A DNA stretch of 63,990 bases, counting the filler, from Octopus bimaculoides (taxonomy: Eukaryota), in assembly GCF_001194135.2 (NCBI RefSeq). It is 6 parts of 5 records of this genome, joined end to end, with 100 filler letters (N's around TTAATTAATTAA, not from the genome) between each part and the next. Parts side by side here need not be neighbours in the genome. Positions count along the whole stretch, not along the records: positions 61,961 to 63,990 come from NW_026357030.1; 5 more parts are not named here. One strand, 5' to 3'. Each line of letters starts with the position of its first letter. Within the stretch, counting starts at the first letter, position 1. The notes beneath the pieces were generated by a model. It was not told the origin of the DNA. It saw nothing but the letters and a program-made list of their open reading frames with translations, and made no database searches. Below, in pieces: positions 61,861-63,990 of the stretch. The position numbers were made by a program, and so were the translations under genes.

Positions 61861-62335
61861 NNNNNNNNNNNNNNNNNNNNNNNNNNNNNNNNNNNNNNNN
61901 NNNNTTAATTAATTAANNNNNNNNNNNNNNNNNNNNNNNNNNNNNNNNNNNNNNNNNNNNTATATATATATATATATATATGTACATAAGACAGCAAGGC
62001 GTGTGATTTGAGGGAATCTTGGCATCTGTTTCTAACGCATAAGGCTTCCATGTAATAGTCGCCTCAGTAGAAAAGCGCTGTTAGTGAATGCGCTTGCAGC
62101 GGTGGTGGTGGAGTTCACAGTGACGATGGCTGCACTAGTGGCCGCGGCAGTGATTGCTGTGTGGGCACCAGTGGTGACTGCGGTGGCAATGTTGGTGGTG
62201 GTAGTAGTAGTAGTGGTGGTGGTGGTGGCTATAGTTCGCATCACCGGATATAGTGGCTCTAGTGAAGAATAGGGTTAGGTTTTGTCATGCCTGGTTTCGC
62301 CTAATCAAACAGAAGAAAATTTATGTCCTGAAATC

Positions 62336-62388
<53 letters not shown>

Positions 62389-62785
62389 TCGTTATTCATA
62401 TTGTTATTAGATTTTATTTTGTTTTTCAATTCGAGATTTTCATCACTATTTTTAAACATATGCACACACTCACACACATACACAAACACTCACACATGTA
62501 CACACAAACACATATATATGTATATCCATATACATATATATATATATATAATGGATATTTGTGTGTATATATATCGATGTGTGCATTTGTACATATGTAT
62601 GTAAATGTACACTCACGCATATATACGCACCCATATAAATTATACACACACGCACACGTACACACATTCATGTAAACGTTTTAGAGTGTATATATGTGTC
62701 TGTGTGCACGCGTGTACGTAGATGATGATGCGTTTAGCTAAATGTGCGTTGCGCTTCTACGCGCGTGCCCCTTTTTTTAATTAAT

Positions 62786-63165
62786 TAACTGTCATCGTTG
62801 CTACCACCACCACCACCATCACCACCACCAACTTCATCATCATCATCATCATCATCACTGTCACCTTCATCATGATCATCATCGACGCCATCATCATCAT
62901 CATCATCACCACCACCACCATAATATTCATCATCATCATCATCATCACTGTCATCATCATCTCATCATGATCAGCATCATCACCACCAGTGGTTATGGTG
63001 GTAGTGCTAGTAGTTAGTGGTTGTAGTTAATGTAACAATGGTTGTGGTGATGGTGGTAGTGGTTAAGGTAGAAGTAGCAGTAGTAGTAGTAGTGGTGGTT
63101 GTGGTGGTAGTCGTTGTAGTAGTAGTAGTAGGAGTAGTAGCAGCGGTAGTAGTAATAGTAATGTT
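62786..63165. repeat. Compound trinucleotide tract (CAC/CAT then GTG/GTA)
   Basis: Directly visible. It gives the poly-T and poly-V ORFs in the track. Confidence 0.85.
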
Positions 63166-63990
63166 ATGGGAATGCAACAGCGTTGAAACCACCTTGGTAA
63201 ATTATAAGAGGTGCCCCATGATGAAAGAGGTTATTGCATTCGGCCTCTACTGCCTGACGAGCAGGGTTCGCTTCAGGCGATTCTACCAAGCTGCAAAGAG
63301 CTGAGTCTGGGTACTCCCTGGGACGGTTTAGTTGAATGAATCGGCCCCAGTACATATTTTTCTTAAGGTCTATTTATTATATCGTAGGTGAGCTGGCACA
63401 GTCGTTAGCACTCCGGGCGAAATGCTTAACGGTATTTCGTCTGCCGTTACGTTCTGAGTTCAAATTCCGCCGAGGTCGACTTTGCCTTTCATGGTCGATA
63501 AATTAAGTACCAGTTGCGTACTGGGGTCGATGTGATGACTGTCCCCAACCCCACAAAAATGTTTTTTTTTATATATAAAGGATTATATAGTCGGGTACAT
63601 GTTGCCGAAATGCTATTTAACGGGGACGTAAAGAAACAAACAACGGTTGTCAAACGGTGTTTGGGGACGACACAAACATACACACACACGACGGGATTCT
63701 TTCAGTTTCCGCCTACCGAACCCACTCACAAAGTTTTGGTCGGCCCGAGGCTATAGTAGGAGACACTTGCCCAAGGTGGCACGCAGTGGGACTGAACCCG
63801 GGACCATGTGGTTGGTAAGCAAGCTACTTACAACTCCGCCACTCCTGCACTAATATTTAATATATATATTTATATATGCATGCATACATACATTGATAGA
63901 TACGTACAGTACATACATGTATCACGTATGTGTGTGTATGTATGTATATATATATATATACTGTATATATATATATATATATATATATAT

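Noticed and set aside
15062-61960. Recurrent TTAATTAATTAA palindrome inside N runs (15106, 38332, 53481, 58792, 61905)
   Set aside because: It is always 44 N + 12 nt + 44 N = 100 bp, so it is an artificial six-frame-stop scaffold spacer rather than a biological motif.
62786-63165. Apparent foldback of CAC/CAT repeats against GTG/GTA repeats
   Set aside because: Complementarity is only low-complexity, and adjacent microsatellites of opposite polarity are common here.
681-63848. tRNA genes
   Set aside because: All A/B-box-like sequences are SINE heads followed by SINE bodies, and none gives a convincing cloverleaf.

Overview
AT-rich, repeat-saturated, gap-riddled metazoan genomic DNA. The SINE repertoire, microsatellite load and TTAGGG motifs suggest a cephalopod (Octopus-like) draft assembly, which is an inference. 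The only host coding sequence I can support is the last two exons (TM9-TM12 and stop) of a minus-strand SLC16/monocarboxylate-transporter-family MFS gene (36434-36196 and 34399-34248). Its 5' exons are not visible. The rest is a diverse transposon graveyard: a Helitron relic, RTE-, L1/Tx1- and CR1-type LINE fragments, three restriction-like-endonuclease retrotransposon relics (R4/Dong-, CRE- and HERO-like), a Penelope-like terminal fragment with a hammerhead-ribozyme-like fold, two Tc1/mariner derivatives, hAT and piggyBac-type MITEs, and at least four tRNA-derived SINE families. The most striking structure is a ~14.6 kb CpG-saturated (TACG/TTCG) complex satellite (38388-52990) with ~1.2-1.3 kb higher-order periodicity, large inverted arms and strand flips at a recurrent CGTAATTACG palindrome. 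Other notable items are a GC-rich foldback MITE carrying telomeric repeats and a 66-bp templated replacement inside a SINE. Most ORF-track entries are microsatellite or N-gap artefacts. No prokaryote-type system or CRISPR array is present.
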